Shown here in pieces: positions 23,995 to 37,730 of a DNA stretch of 64,000 nucleotides; position 1 is the stretch's first letter, and the number at the start of each line of letters is the position of its first letter. The translations under genes and the position numbers were made by a program. Source of the DNA: Phyllosticta citribraziliensis (lineage: Eukaryota); NCBI RefSeq assembly GCF_038025025.1, contig NW_027117352.1, positions 124,001-188,000 of the forward strand, given 5' to 3'. The notes beneath the pieces were generated by a model. That model saw only the letters and a program-made list of their open reading frames with translations, had not been told where the DNA came from and ran no database searches.

Positions 23995-24746
23995 TTGATG
24001 GCTGTTTGAGAGAGGAAGCGTTATACCATGATGGATCGAGGCTTGATAGCACAAGTCGTGACACAATACTAGTAGGGACCCGACCATTGCCGGAGTATTT
24101 CTGAGACAGACAGAGAGTGGATGGAGCAGTTGGCCCAGGGACAGGCTCACAGACGGTGTCGCACACAGTCAGAGGCGTTGTGGCGTGTGGCTGGTAGCTT
24201 TGTGTTTTGCAATGAAGAGGACCGGATGAGATCAGCCTTGGCATCTGCGGTGCAGCAGTGCAAGCAACTAGCAAGAGGGCGCATCCCTGCCTGTTGTTTA
24301 GGTCCAACCCAACCCACAGGCTGACCATGGCCAAACCGCAAAAGTTGATCTCCGCATGTTGCACCTGTCCCATTCCTGTCGTCGCGTGTTTTGACATTCC
24401 AATGCCGCCCAGCGCTCACGCTGTCGCAAACGTGTTTTCAAGGCCGTTCACCTATTCCCACTCGGGCTTGACACGACGCGCTCGGCCGCATCCCACGCGC
24501 ACCAACCGTCTCCCAGAGCCCCCCTTTGAGCTTCATCTTCGCTCGGTGGCTCCGCAGTCGGCACACTGCTGATCCTTCAGCGCTCAGACGTCCCGAAGCC
24601 ACGCTCATCCACAAGCCGACGACCGTCGCCTGGCTCCCCAAGTTCCCCAGCGACCAGATCCACCAAAAGAGTATCAAGTCCCGCCCAAAAGCCGCGTACA
24701 AAGCGGCCGGCCCGACCCTCAACCGACTTCACTGCATGGGCTCCAG

Positions 24747-27700
24747 ATGGCGCACTCCACCCAAGACGATGAGGATGTGCGCTTGTTCGAACACTCCGAC
24801 TCTGAGCTCCCGCCGCTGCCTCCCGACGACGATGACAGCTTCTTGCGCCCACCGAGCGACCTCGCCGACGGAAGCCAGCTGGGCAGCAACGATGGAAACT
24901 CTCTCATGGAACGCGAGATGAACCGCAAGCTTTTGGACATTGAGTCGAGCTTCTTACCCGAAGCCGACCTTCCCAGCACCGACGACCGTCCAAAGGGAGC
25001 CGATGACACATTTGTATTTGGCGCGATTCCTGAGGAAAGTCCGGCCAAGGAGCAGGACAATGGCAACATCGCGCCCAAAACTGCGACCCCTCCTGCGGAG
25101 GACATAGCGTTGCCCGACACACCGCCAACGGCCCCGGATGCCTTAAAGACCCAGGCTCCTGGCCGGGAGGCCGACGAGCACAACGACCAGCACTACGACG
25201 ATTCGCACATGGGCGACAATTCATCAGAAGCACCGGCGCCTTCTTCGCCTGCTGCTGCTGCGGCTGCGCGGTCAAATTCGAGGACCGTGCCACAAAATGA
25301 GCCGGAGATTGAAATAAGCCGTGCAGACGAGCACGAGGGACAAGTTCACGAGGATGAAACCCATTCGGCTCGGCCAACTTCGAGTGCGTCGACGGTCAAA
25401 GCTGCGCTCGAAGGCAACCCATCCACAGACACAGGAGAAAGCGGGATCCGTTCGTGGAGCGAATCAGTAAATTCAAATACTTCTACACTCCGTACAAGCA
25501 ACAGTTCCACGAACATCCGGCAAAGGTCCAGTTTCCTTCGTGACCGCAGCCGTCAAGCCAGCTATCGATCGTCTGCCTCCTCAACTGGAGCACAATCAAG
25601 CGGCGCCCCTGACGTGCAAGACAGCACCCTCACTTCCGATTTTGCTCTGCAGTCTGGCGGAGCAATGCCCAGTTCGGGCTTGCGCAATCCGTATGGCGAC
25701 CTCTCACGACTACCCAGCCTTGGAAGCGTCGCCTCGTCTCTCTCCGCCCTGAGCGATGAAGGCGCAAGCAGAGGCTCATATGAGCGCGCAAGAAGTACGC
25801 TCAGCCTTTCGGGAATGGATGCCAACTTGGACAGGTTAGAGGAAGAACCAAGAGCAGGATCCGCTTCCCCGCCTGTTACACCACGACCTGGAACAGCGGG
25901 AACTAATGCCCCCACCGACACCGTCATCACCAAGCACGTGCAAAACATACTTGTTCCCGACACTGTCGCAAAAGAGTATCGGGAAAAACATGGCGAAAGA
26001 TCACCAGACAAACGCGCTTCGACCGCCTCGTTCGCATTCAGCAGCCGGACAAAACACAATCTCACTCTCAAGGAGCAAAACAGCAAGATTGACAAGCTGA
26101 GCAAAGAGAACTTTGACCTAAAACTAAAGATTCACTTTTTGGACCAGGCATTGCAGAACCGGTCGGATGAAGGTGTTAAGGACATGATCTCAAAGAATGT
26201 ACAGCTGCAGACCGATTTGGCCAATGAAAAGAAGGAGACGCAGTCGCTCAAGCGGAAAATGCGGGAGTTGGAGAGAAAGTTCAAGGCGCAAGAGGAAGGA
26301 ATGGCAAAGAACAAGGATTCAGGCACCGGCAGCGACGATGGGAGGAGCGATAATGAACGGATCCAGTCGGAGATGGAAGAAGAAATCACGTATCTCAGGG
26401 AGTGTCTGCAAAATTCTGAAGTGGAGATTGAACGTCTGAGGGAAGACAGTTTGGCTAAAGAGGTGGAAAAGAGACGCATGGCTGAATATGTCAAGTCGAT
26501 GGGTGACCGTAAGAACTCTGAGCCCAAGGCTGGAGTTGAAGAAGCCATGGAGATGTGGAAGGACCTGCTCGAGGCGGAAACGGCACGCCGTGAGCAGGCT
26601 GACGAGGACGCCGAACGTCTGCGCGAGGAAGTTCGACGTTTGAGAGCCGAGCGTGAACAAACCAGCTCCACTGCAAATGCGCGAAACAACTTCAACGTCA
26701 GCCGCCAGAGCCGAGTATCGTATGCGCGCTCGCAATCCGGCTCCGAAGGTACAGCGGAGAACCGAGCGAGTACCAGCCTGAGCGGCGTGACCCTGGTGGA
26801 GCAACTCAAACACGAAAACGCCGAGTTGCGCAGAGACTTGGGTGCTCAAACTTCGATGCTCGTCTCGAGAAACCGCGAGAGGGAGCGCTTGCAACAAGAA
26901 ATTGAGGAGCTCAAGCTATCCCTTCGCAGGGGTGCAAGCGGGTCGGTGGTTGGGGACAGCATATTCGAGCGCTCAATTTCTCGCGCCAACCAGCGACCCA
27001 CTTCTCAGTCGAGTGCCATCGCCCGCACTGAATTGGAAGATGCTGAGCGCGACGAGTACGAACAGAAGCAAGCACAACTTCGGGACGAAATCGCCACTGT
27101 CAAGATGCAGAACCAGGAGCTGGATCGAGAGTTGAACAATCACATTGACCTGCTGGAAGCCAAGGAGGAAGAGTTGGACCAGATGAGGGAAGAGCGGAAC
27201 CTGACTATCGAAGACATGCAGGCCCTACAAGCCGATCGGGATGAAGCTCTCCAGGCCCTGCAAGAAAAGGACGAGGAATGCGAAAACCTCAGGGAGGAAG
27301 CACTCGGTGAGATTCAGCACCTCGAGCAGGAAGTCAACCAGAAGGACCAGGAGCTCGATAAGCTGTTGAACGAACTGGAGAATCGCAACGAGGACTTTGA
27401 TGCCCTGCAGCAAGAGATGAAGAACGTCAGCGAGAGTCTCATAATGCTCGAGGATGCTCGAACAGTCAACGAGCGCAAGATTCAGTCTCTGGAACAGGAG
27501 CTCGAAGACGCGAACAACGAACTCGAGGCAATGGACCAGAAGCTGAATGAGGCTCAGCAGAAACTTGAGCGGTTCGAGGTTCAGCAAGAATCCAATCAAG
27601 CCGAAATTTCCTTTTTGCGAGAAGAGCAGGAGGGCGACAAGATCAAGATTGGCGATCTTGAGGCCGCGCTCAACCAAGCACAGATGAGCATACAAGAAGA

Positions 27701-29202
27701 AAAGGAGCGGATGAAAGACCTCGAGGATAGGTTCGCAGAAGAGAGGACACAGCGCGAAGCTCTGGACAGCCAGGAGAAGGAGACTGTGCAAAAGGCATTC
27801 GACGACCTCAACGGCCAAGCCTCGAAAGCTCGTGACGAAGTCAGGCGGCTTAGGAAGAGTCTTTCGTCCAAAGAGGTTGAAGCAGCACAGTGGAAGCAAC
27901 GTCTTGACGATTTGGAAACGAGTCTGCGCGAAGCTCTTGGCAGCCTGGACGGCACCAAGGCCAACTTGCTCAAGGTATTACACACAAGACTTGAACAACC
28001 ATGCATCGCTAACGCTGGCACAGGACGTACAAAAGCTCCAAAGAGACCTCGATGCCACCGTCCACGAGCTCGACCACGCCAGGTCAGACCTCGCCGACAA
28101 GGAACGCACTTTGCGCAACAGAGACACGCTTCTCGAAAGCACCAGCCTGGAAAGCCGTAAGCTGGCCGACATGCTCGACAAGGAGCGCCAGGCTCGCATG
28201 CAGGACAAGCGGGAATACGAAAAAGCTCAGCGTTCACACCAAACGACGCAAAGATCTGCGCAGTCATACGAGAGCCGCGTGCTCGAGCTCGAGACTTCAC
28301 GCAGTCAAGAGCGCCGCCGCATCGCCCAGTTGGAAGCTCAGTACCGCGACCAGCTGTTGGAGCGCAACAACCTCCTTCTGGCCATTTGGAACCGCCTCTC
28401 GACGCTCTGCGGTCCCGAGTGGTCCCAGCGAAACTCCCTTGTCAACGGCGAGTTGCCATCTCTCGAGGTCATTGGGCGCCACCTTCCCGCCTTTAGCAAG
28501 AATGTCCTCTCTGCCGTCAAGAACGTTGAGGCCATCCTCGGCGGCTTCAAGTCTCGCATCAGGGGCATCGAGAAAGATCTCTGGAAAGAATATCAGGCTC
28601 TTGAGCACAAACTCGATGTTCGAACCAAACATCTCGACTCGATTGAAAAGACGATCCGTGCCGGCAGCATCGGCTTCGTGCGCAATGAAGGCCTCAATTC
28701 AGAACTCTCGCGTCTCAAATCCGAAAACAAGATGTTGCGCTCCGAGCTTCAGGGCAGTGGCCCTCTCAATCGCCTTCCGACACGGAACTCGATGGACTCA
28801 GCCTCGCAGTTGGCCACGCCACAGCGTAATGCATCGGGCACGTCCAGCGCCTCCAATCGCAATTCCATTGCCTCGACACTTCTTCGCCACAACTCGGCCT
28901 CGTCTGATCGAGACCGTGACCACAAGTCTCCGGCCCCTACTTCGCAACCGTCATCTCTACAGCCCACCGAGCAGCGCTGGATTCACCGTCTCAAAGAGCT
29001 AGAACGCCGTCTTAAGGCGGAGCGTGAAGCCCGCTTGCTCGACCGCCGCGGTGCGCGAGAGCGCCTCGAGGAGGGTCGTCAAGAGAATGAAGAGCTTCGC
29101 AACATGCTAGAGCGCGAGCGCGAGCGTGAGCGTTTTGGCGAAAGCCAAAGTGGGAGAAGCAGCCCCAACCATGCCGAGTATCCGACGATTGGGACGCGGT
29201 GA
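24747..29202 (+). CDS. apsB: Gamma-tubulin complex receptor/MTOC protein ApsB (Mto1-like)
   Basis: CM1 motif LTLKEQNSKIDKLSKENFDLKLKIHFL; long coiled coils; C-terminal WIHRLKELERRLKAEREARLLDR motif; one intron at about 27975-28024. Confidence 0.9.
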
Positions 29203-30913
29203 CTCGAGCAGCGGGCGGGGTCTAGGTCGTCTTCACTTTCGCTCAGCAATGTCCTCGGTCAGGGCGCAGCGAGTGGAAGTGCCAATGGCAGTGGAAGTGG
29301 AAGTGGAGGTAAAACCAAGTGGTGGAAAAGGAGACTCGGCAAGGAGAGGTAGGAGATGAGCGGCACCCACGTCCCTCGTCTCTGAAGCAAAACCAAGCAC
29401 CTCTGCCTTGGTTGAATTTGAGACTGATCAGGGAGACAGGCCACGGCGGCAATGGTGCTGCACAGCAGCTCGCTAGCCCCGGCCGGCCAAACGATGAAGA
29501 CGGACCATGCCACCTGTCTTTTTCTCTCTCTCCTCGCCTTTATTACTCCGCACCACCACTTTCTTACATCCTCCAATCTGTTGACCGACCAACTAGTCGA
29601 CTTTACGGCCTCGCCTGCGTTGCATTTACTCTCAGCCGCCCGATTGTACACTTATCTATATAACACCTACCCGTCTTTCTACTCACCTTGGGCGGCCAAA
29701 GAACTTCGGGCTAAAGGAAAAGAGACGTCCCCGACGTCACGCATTGGTTCCATCTCGTCCAAAGAGGCGAATCAATAAACATGGGAGGAAAATATACCTT
29801 TTCCTCCTTTTTCCTTTGCGTCTCACATTTCCTTGCCTCTCCTAATTTTCCTGCTTTTCCTTCTCTTTGTCGGGCTGTGGGTATCCGGAGCAATGCTGGT
29901 CGGCTGGGTTGGAGGTCTTTTGTGCATCGTTTGTTTCTCTTGCCTTTGATTCTCTTGTCCTTTCTTCCTTTGCGTCTCTACATTTCCTGAGCAATGCTAC
30001 TTTGTGACAACTGCTACTTTTACTACTTCCACAACTGCTGCTCCTACTCTAATCATCGCTGTCGCGTGTATTTGTACTTTATTCTATCGTGTCGTGAGTA
30101 TCCTATGCTGCGAGTTAGTGGGCTGGATTGGTCGGCCGGGCAAAAAACCACAGGCGAGAAAGGGCGGGATTTTCCTGTTTTTGTTTCTTTTTTCTCTTCT
30201 TTGTGCCACTGTTTCCTTTGCTCGTGGTGTTTCGAGTTTGAGAGCCTTTGATTTTTTCTGGTATTGGAGTCTTGAAGAGGAGTCGACTCTCGGGAGGCAA
30301 CATCAGGAGTACGTGCTTGTGGGCTGGTTGAGAAAGAGGGTGGGTGCGGATGGATGGGCGGATTAGTTTGCCGTTGTGTGAGAATTGAGATGTGTTTTCC
30401 TTCTGCTTCCGGGGCTAGAAGAGAGCTCATTCGCATTGTCTTCGTTGCAGTTGCGTGCTGCAAGCGAGATGCAGTGACTGTGGTCTTGGAAGAAATGGTG
30501 CTCCCTGGGTTTAGCTGACATGAATAACCAAGCAGTAATGCCAAAGAAGAAGGAATGATTCGAGACTTCCCCTCCGGCGACTGCGGCAAGGTCAGGCGTC
30601 ACTGTGGTCCCGCGCCTGCTTTTCAACTATCTTCTTACTGGCCAGTATTTACCTTACTCTCCAGCGACGTAGGTTGTTGGTTGGTTGGTCTCCTCCAAGC
30701 GCTTACCTGTCTAATTGAAAGTGCGATGTTGGAAGACGGCGGTTACTACAACTCGCCTGGCAGTCACGGTAGAGTACATAAGTAAGGTAAGGTAAGTAGG
30801 AAGATGGTAGTAGCCCTGCGCCTACCTGCCTCCGCCCTCTCCCTCTGTTTGTTGATTTGATCTTCCTTTCTCTTCCACCAGGGGTGTTAAATTGCTACCA
30901 TTTTTTGCCCGTC

Positions 30914-31520
30914 ATGAATAACACTCCACCACCAACTCCACCAACAGCCACAAACTCAACGCACAACACAACCTCTCCTCCAAACACCACCAAAACCCAA
31001 CCCAGCACTGCGCCGACCATGCGTCCACCACTGACTGGCCCCACGCCCCGCCCCAAGCCCGACAAGACGTACGTGCCGTGACCACGACAACCCCCTCGAC
31101 ATCCCCAGCATCCACAGACCCACCGAGCTGACGGAGCAACTGACCGGACACAGCAACCCCGAGCAGCGGCGCAAAGAGGGAGAGCAGGGCGTCACGTACC
31201 TGCAGCGCGCGATGGGCGAGGCGTCGGCTATCTTTGCGCGCTTGAACGAGGGCGACAAGATGATGCAGAAGGTGAGTGAGGCCGCACATACCTACATGCG
31301 CTTCGACCTGCTGCTGCTTCCTGGTGTATGACGCACGCTGACGACGAGGACACTGCCTCAGCGTACTGATGAGCTGCTCATGCGGCCTGAGGTGATTCGC
31401 GCCAGTCAGAGAATTGAGCGCGAGCAGAGAGAGAAGAACGAGTGTGATGGTGGCAAGGATGATGGTAGCGCTGGCCGCGTGGAGCGTGAGTCGCAGGGGG
31501 ATGAGGGAAAGGAGAAGTAG
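30914..31520 (+). CDS. Orphan 143-aa three-exon protein (Pro/Thr-rich N-terminus, charged helical C-terminus)
   Basis: Exons 30914-31068, 31154-31271, 31362-31520; donors GTACGT and GTGAGT, CTGAC branch points, CAG acceptors; phases match and the frame stays open to TAG. Confidence 0.7.
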
Positions 31521-32415
31521 AGGGGTCTGACGCGGTAAGCGTGTCTTTTCTTGTCTCGCGATGTTTCTTCTGTGCGATAAGTTGATGGACTGACTGATGA
31601 TTTGCAGCGCCTACTCGCATGCTGAAGGGTAGCCATGAGGTCGAAGTGCGGATTGGCTCCGTTATCGCGTTGCCTTTCTTCAAAGGTTGAGAGAGCTGCT
31701 TTCGGGGGTGTCGCGAGCGTCTTTGCAGGGCCATGCTACAATCTCCACATCATACACACGCCCTGAAGCTTGACTTGGCTGAGCAGTCAAGGGCATTCCC
31801 TAGTTTATAACAACTTTGTTTCCTCGTGGAAGAGGCAGTGCGCAGCTCTGCTGGAGGTGGCAAGGACGTGGCATTTGATACGCAATTAGACAGAGCTGCG
31901 TACACAATTACTTCTGCCCGGTTTACTTGACAGGAAATGGAATACTTGCCCCGGGAGTGAATGAGCTTCCTTTGCGGCTTGTTTTTGAATTCGCATGATA
32001 TTTGGACGGAATCTTCTGGGGCAATTCGAGCGTCGCCCAGAGCTACGAGGTTGTGGATAGACATTACGGCACTGAGTGATCTTTGGTCTTTCTCACAACT
32101 CACCCACCCTTCGCAGAATGTTGGGAAAATTTGATTGTCAATGCACTATCAAAAAAGTAGTCAAACCCACCACCCTAAAGCTCAATTCACACGAAAGTGT
32201 TCTGATTCCATCCTCATGATAAGCAAACCGCCGATGTATCGCAAGTGCCCTATTGTACAGACCGATCCTGTGCCGTTGCCTGTAAACTCAAACAGGGCCG
32301 TGGCTGCGAAAGCTTGCAGCTTCATCGGCGAAAGTTGGCACCAATCGCTCGTCGGTATGAAATCAAGGAAAAACCCGTAAAAGAGAAAGGAAAAGTCCTG
32401 GCCCGCATTTGTGCC

Positions 32416-33558
32416 TCATTCTATGACATGCACCTGATTCTTGCGGAACGCCGCAGACAACTCCTCCCAGAAGCCAACCTGATTTTTCTTGAGGCACGAT
32501 TTCGACGGCGGGTCGTGTGGCTCGTGGGTGTGGTAGCTGCAGATGGTGTCGGCGTGGGTGAACCTAGAGTTCGGATGGGCCTTGATCAAGCCCTTGAGGC
32601 CGCCAGCCATGACCATGACGAGGTCGACAAAGTGCTTCTTGAACGGCTCAATGTCGTGGGGGTGCACGGCGTCCTTTGTGACGAGGCGGTTGCCCTTGAT
32701 GGGGCTGAGGCGGTCCATGGCGTCGCGCAGGCTGAGCAGCAGGTTGTAGATGAAGATGGCGGGGAACTCGCTCAGCACCTCGCACCGCAGCTCCGGCACG
32801 TGCAGCAGGTAGAAGTAGGCCATGTAGTCGCGGGCGTAGGCGTAGAGGCGGCACTGCAGCGGCACTTCGCCTGCGATCCAGCCGATGGTCTTGAGCGAGC
32901 TGTCCAGCTTGCGCATGCGGCTGTCGGGCGCGGATTGGGTGAGCAGGATGATGCGCGCGTGGATGGCCTCCATGATGACGTTGGCGAACATGGGCGCCTC
33001 GATGCGCATTGCCGTGTTGTGGAGCCGGGCGAGAGAGCACATCTTCCAGTCCTTGCGATCGGCTTCGGACTCGAAGAGCTGCTTCGATTCCATCCAGCGG
33101 TAGAAGATGGCGAACTCGTCGGGATGGACGTCTTCGAGTATGTGGTGCATTTGTCCATCCCGCTTGCGAGCAAACTGAAGCCGGAAGAAGCGAGAGTGGT
33201 AGGCCAGGAGCTCGACGTGGGTGAAGAAGCTCGTGCCGTTGGTGCCATCTTCGGCGACAAAGATGCGGATGGGCGTCTGATGAAGCTCACTGGAAAAACG
33301 GTCAGTCGAGATCATGGGAAACAGTCACCAGCGAGCTTACAGGAAGCTTGGCTTGCGCGGCGGTGAGGCCTGCTCGTTCGGCGGCGATGGGCGCTCGACT
33401 GGGGGAGATGGCTCTGGAAAGAGATCGAGTGACCGTGAGGCGCGCGAGACAGAAGACTCGCCCGGTGTGTAATCCATCGTCTGGTCGGATGGGCTCTGCT
33501 CATGAGAGGACTGCATGGCTGACCATCGCCTGCGCGCAGGTCTGGGCCAGTCGGACAT
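32416..33558 (-). CDS. BTB/POZ-domain protein
   Basis: Exon 1 33558-33341, intron 33340-33290 (GTAAGC..CTGAC..CAG); PSFLELHQTPIRIFV..FFTHVELLAYHSRFFR..LEDVHPDEFAIFYRWM; C-terminal CSYHTH typical of fungal BTB proteins. Confidence 0.8.
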
Positions 33559-33946
33559 GTTGGTCGGATGGTTGGTGAGGTTCTGTTGTTGAAAGAGAGT
33601 TGGTGGATCAGAGGAATGACGAGGTAAAGGTCAATCAAAACTATTTTCAGTGAGGGTTTGACGCCGTTATTGCGATGAGCTTCGTCACCGAAAAGTGATT
33701 AGGCCCTGTTTGGCTGCAGCGAAAGTCGGTTGAAAAACTGCTGTGTCGGGGCAGACTGGCGGAACATGGGAAAGACTTGTGAATGGGAAGGAGGATGTAG
33801 CAGTAGCATTGCAAGATAAGGAATTTGTGAGTCGAGCGAGATCATAGAGGTCACGCAGAGAAGGGGCACGGAGATGCGGGATAATTTTCGTATACCGTGA
33901 GCCTGGAGACACTGGTTGTTGTTGCGCGAAGACGCCGACAATTTTA

Positions 33947-34381
33947 TCAGTCCAGGTTAAATGCGCGGGACTGATACGGAAATAAAGTGAATGTGGGTGA
34001 CTACAGTATTAATGGGAATATCAACAAAGTGCAGCAGCGGTTCAGAGTTGTTTGAAGTATGGGCCGTCAAAGGGGCGTTCTTGGTCATGAAATCCAACAA
34101 AGCAGCATTTTCGCACCGAAAGAGAATCAGAAACCTGGTCAGACTATACTCACTACTTCCGCCCCGAGTATCGAGGCGATATAGCTTTCATTCGTCTTAA
34201 CCATGTTCCCAACCATGCCAAACAGGGGAAATTTCTCAGTCGCTTTCACGAAATGATGCGATTTTTTGTAATATTCGCCCGTCGAGGAGTCAGGAATATC
34301 TCGAAATGGGTCATCAGTCTTTCCCACCTCTTTCCAAGGCTCAGCATCTTTTTGACTTTGACGGGTTGGAGTGAGATTCAT
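33947..34381 (-). CDS. Possible small orphan protein (~93 aa)
   Basis: ATG 34381 (MNLTPTRQSQKDAEPWKEVGKTDDPF...), GTGAGT donor at 34153, possible TAG acceptor at 34001; no recognisable domain. Confidence 0.28.
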
Positions 34382-35035
34382 CTTGGCAGTACTACTCAGC
34401 CACAGACATGGCTGTGCATCTGAGGCTTGTGTGCAGGTTGACATCACCTTGGGCCACCGTGTCCTTAGGCGATGTCCCTTGGCACAGACCTCTTGGTGTC
34501 GGCGACAGTCGTGGACAATTTCGTTCAGGGAGATCGCCTTTGAAATTGATGAGGCGCGACAGGAGACGGACAAGGGCGCGTCAGGCGAGACAGTTGCCGG
34601 CACATGTAGAGTGGTGGGAGCAAAGGAAAACTGGAGGCGCCGCGCGTAGGTAGGGGCCAGCAGGAGAGAGAATCAAAGAGGCAGCCCAGGAGGGCGATGG
34701 GCAGGGTGTCTCGTAAGGACAGGCAGCGGGGTGCGACGTGTTGCAAGTTGCAGTCGAAAGCGGTCGTGTCGAGGTGACGAAAAAGGCGGAGGGATGGATG
34801 GCAGCGTCCAGCGGCGAGCGCACGTGCCAGCGACTGCTGGAAAACGGGCCCCTTGATGTGCCATCCCGCCGAAGACCTCCCCGCCATCAAACACCTCTTC
34901 TCCCTACTTTTCGACCACTCTTCTCTCCCAATCCACTCCTCCGCCGCAAGACCACCGCCCCTCCACCTCCTCCACCCAGCGAACTTGCTGTCTTGCCCCT
35001 CATTCCTCCAAGCTTCCTCTCTCCCAACAGCAACC

Positions 35036-36232
35036 ATGGCCGCGAAGACGCTCAAGACCGACCCCAAGTACGACGACTATGACTTTCCCACCGTCCCGGC
35101 CGACCCTCTCCCCGGCCACCCGGGCAACTTGACGCCCGAGCAGGAAAAGGCCGTTGAGGACCTGCGCGCCGCTCTCGAGAAGGACGGCTACACGGAGAGG
35201 TTGGACACGCTGACCTTGGTGAGTGCTTCAATTGGTCTCATTACTTGGCAATCCAGCTTACATTCCACTTCTAGCTCCGCTTCCTGCGCGCGCGCAAGTT
35301 TGACGTCGACCTGTCCAAGCAAATGTACGTTGCCGCTGTCAATCCGCGCCCAGCCCTACCCTGACATGACCAGGTTCATCGACTGCGAGAAGTGGAGAAA
35401 AGAGTTTGGCGGTGGCGTCGACGAGCTCGTCAAGACGTTCAAGTACACCGAGAGGGCTGAAGTCTTCAAGTACTACCCGCAATACTACCACAAGACGGAC
35501 AAGGTACGTTGTGCAGTCGCTGCAATTGGTCACGGTTGGTGCTAACGAGCGCAGGATGGCCGCCCCGTCTACATTGAGCAGCTCGGCAAGGTCGACCTCA
35601 CGGCCATGTACAAGATCACGACGCAGGAGCGCATGCTGCAGAACCTGGTCGTCGAGTACGAAAAGGTTGCCGACCCCCGCCTCCCCGCCTGCTCGCGCAA
35701 GGCCGGCCAACTGCTCGAGACGTGCTGCACCATCATGGACCTCAAGGGCGTTGGCATCAGCAATGCCAACTCGGTGCTCGGATACGTGCAGGCGGCTTCT
35801 AAGATTTCGCAAAACTACTACCCGGAGCGCCTGGGCAAGCTCTACGTCATCAACGCGCCATGGGCCTTCACCGGCATCTTCGCCATCATCAAGCGCTTCC
35901 TCGACCCCGTCACGGTCCAGAAGATCCACGTCATTGGCGGCGGCTACAAGGACGAGCTCCTGTCGCAGATCCCCAAGGAAAACCTGCCCAAGCAGTTTGG
36001 CGGCTCGTGCGAGTGCGGCGACGGCGGCTGCGAGATGAGCGACCTGGGCCCGTGGCACGACCCCGAGTTCGCCAAGCCGCCCAAGTGGCAGCGGGCACAG
36101 GAGGCCGCGGCGGCCAACGCTGCCACCGGCACCGAGAACACTGCCAGCGCCGACGCCACTGCACCGGCCGCTGCCGTGCCGGCGGAAGCTCCCAAGGCTG
36201 AGGTCGCTGCCCCGGCTCCCGCGGCGCAGTAA
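35036..36232 (+). CDS. SEC14: Phosphatidylinositol/phosphatidylcholine transfer protein Sec14
   Basis: [73 protein letters not shown]; three introns. Confidence 0.96.
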
Positions 36233-36499
36233 ACGAGATCTGCAGCCTTTTGCAACAAGCGTTTTGCTCTTTGGCACTGGGGGTTGGTGAGGGCGGGGAA
36301 GAGGAGTTTTCCAGGTGATATGTTGTTTTCGGACCGCTGGGGCGGCAGGTGCTAGGGTTGATGTCATAGACCACACCACTAAGCAAGGCAAGGAAAAGCA
36401 TCTTGCCTTTTCTTTCTCATTTTCACATTTCTCTCCACCCCTTCATCTTTTCCTTTTTTCTCTCCATCATCATAAACTCGTAGGGCTGCACTAGTGCGG

Positions 36500-37600
36500 G
36501 TGTTGTTGTTCTTGTTGTTGTTGTCGTCGTTGTTGCTGCGGTTTGTGAGCGAGTGAGCGATCGTCTTGAGACAAGAGCTCTTGGATTTCTGAGAAATATG
36601 TTCTGTTTAGAAGGTTGAGAGGTGGCAGTGGTGTTGATGGCGGTGAAAAGGGGGCCGGCGAAGAGGTGTTGACGCAGTGGTGTAGTGCGGAGCGTTGTCG
36701 ATGGAATCGTTAACAGTGCGCCAGAAAAGAAATACCGACTTGCCGTTTTTTCTCCCTCTTCTTCTTCTCCTTCCTCCTTACATGCTTGCAGCAAACTACC
36801 ACATTAGTATACCTGCTCAACAACCCTTTTGTTTTTCGGCATTGGCATAGGTGGTGGTAGCGGCGGCGGCGGTGGTGGCTTAGGGAGGGAATTGAACAGA
36901 GCACGGCACAGCAGAGCAGACGTTTGAAGAGCAGAACTTTACAGAACAGACTTTTGCTGAATAGGAGAACAGAACAGAACAGAGTATAGATAAGCGAATG
37001 CAATAAATGTGGATTCTTGGAACGATGTCGCGGAGTGGCTTGCCACATCACTACCACCACTACCACTACCAATACTGCTGCTACGGTGCATGAAGTACTG
37101 GTACCATGCTTTGAAGATTCCCTACCGTAGTCGGCGTGCTAGATCAGGAGGGGGAGGGAGAAGGGAGGGAAGGAGGTACATAGGTAGCTCAGTGAAGCTT
37201 CCATCTTGGCCTTGGAGAGATGTCCCGGTGTACTCCTGTGTGACTACTATCTGACGTTACGACAGATGTAAAGCAGACGGCCGCGATATCCTTGGTTTGC
37301 GTAGGGGACAGACGTGTATACATGCCTGCCTGCCTGCCTGCCTGCCTTCAATCTTCCCTCATGCAGTGGCGATGGGAGAAGAATGACCACCGACCTGAGC
37401 AGCAGAGGCACACGCACGCGAGACATTGCTGGAAGACAGCAAGGCAATGGAACAGGATCAAACCAAGTTTTCTCTCTACCCGTATCGTACCATACCATAC
37501 CATACCTACCGAAGGTAATCTACCTACTTACCCATACCGTACCGGAGCCCAAACAAACAAACGACCAACCAACCCACCCACCCACCCAACCAATCAGCGG
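36500..37600. repeat. Microsatellite-rich spacer between convergent SEC14 and PDI1 ((GTT)n, (GCCT)n, (CATAC)n, (CAAC/CCAC)n)
   Basis: Short tandem repeats at about 36501-36535, 37324-37346, 37488-37506 and 37551-37592. Confidence 0.75.
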
Positions 37601-37730
37601 TTGTACCATCGCTTCGCATCATCGCGTAACACTGGGGAGGGAAAAAAGAAAAGACGGAGAAAAGGGAAGCAAGAAAGACCTGCAGAGGGAATAATCAAGA
37701 AAAGAGAAGACGTAGAGTAGAGCAAGCATT

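Noticed and set aside
29210..30850. Low-complexity ORFs downstream of apsB
   Set aside because: Microsatellite and pyrimidine-rich UTR or intergenic sequence
32245..33366. 373-aa + strand ORF
   Set aside because: Antisense shadow of the GC3-rich BTB gene; no domain-like features
35339..36391. 350-aa minus-strand ORF
   Set aside because: Antisense to SEC14; codon-bias shadow
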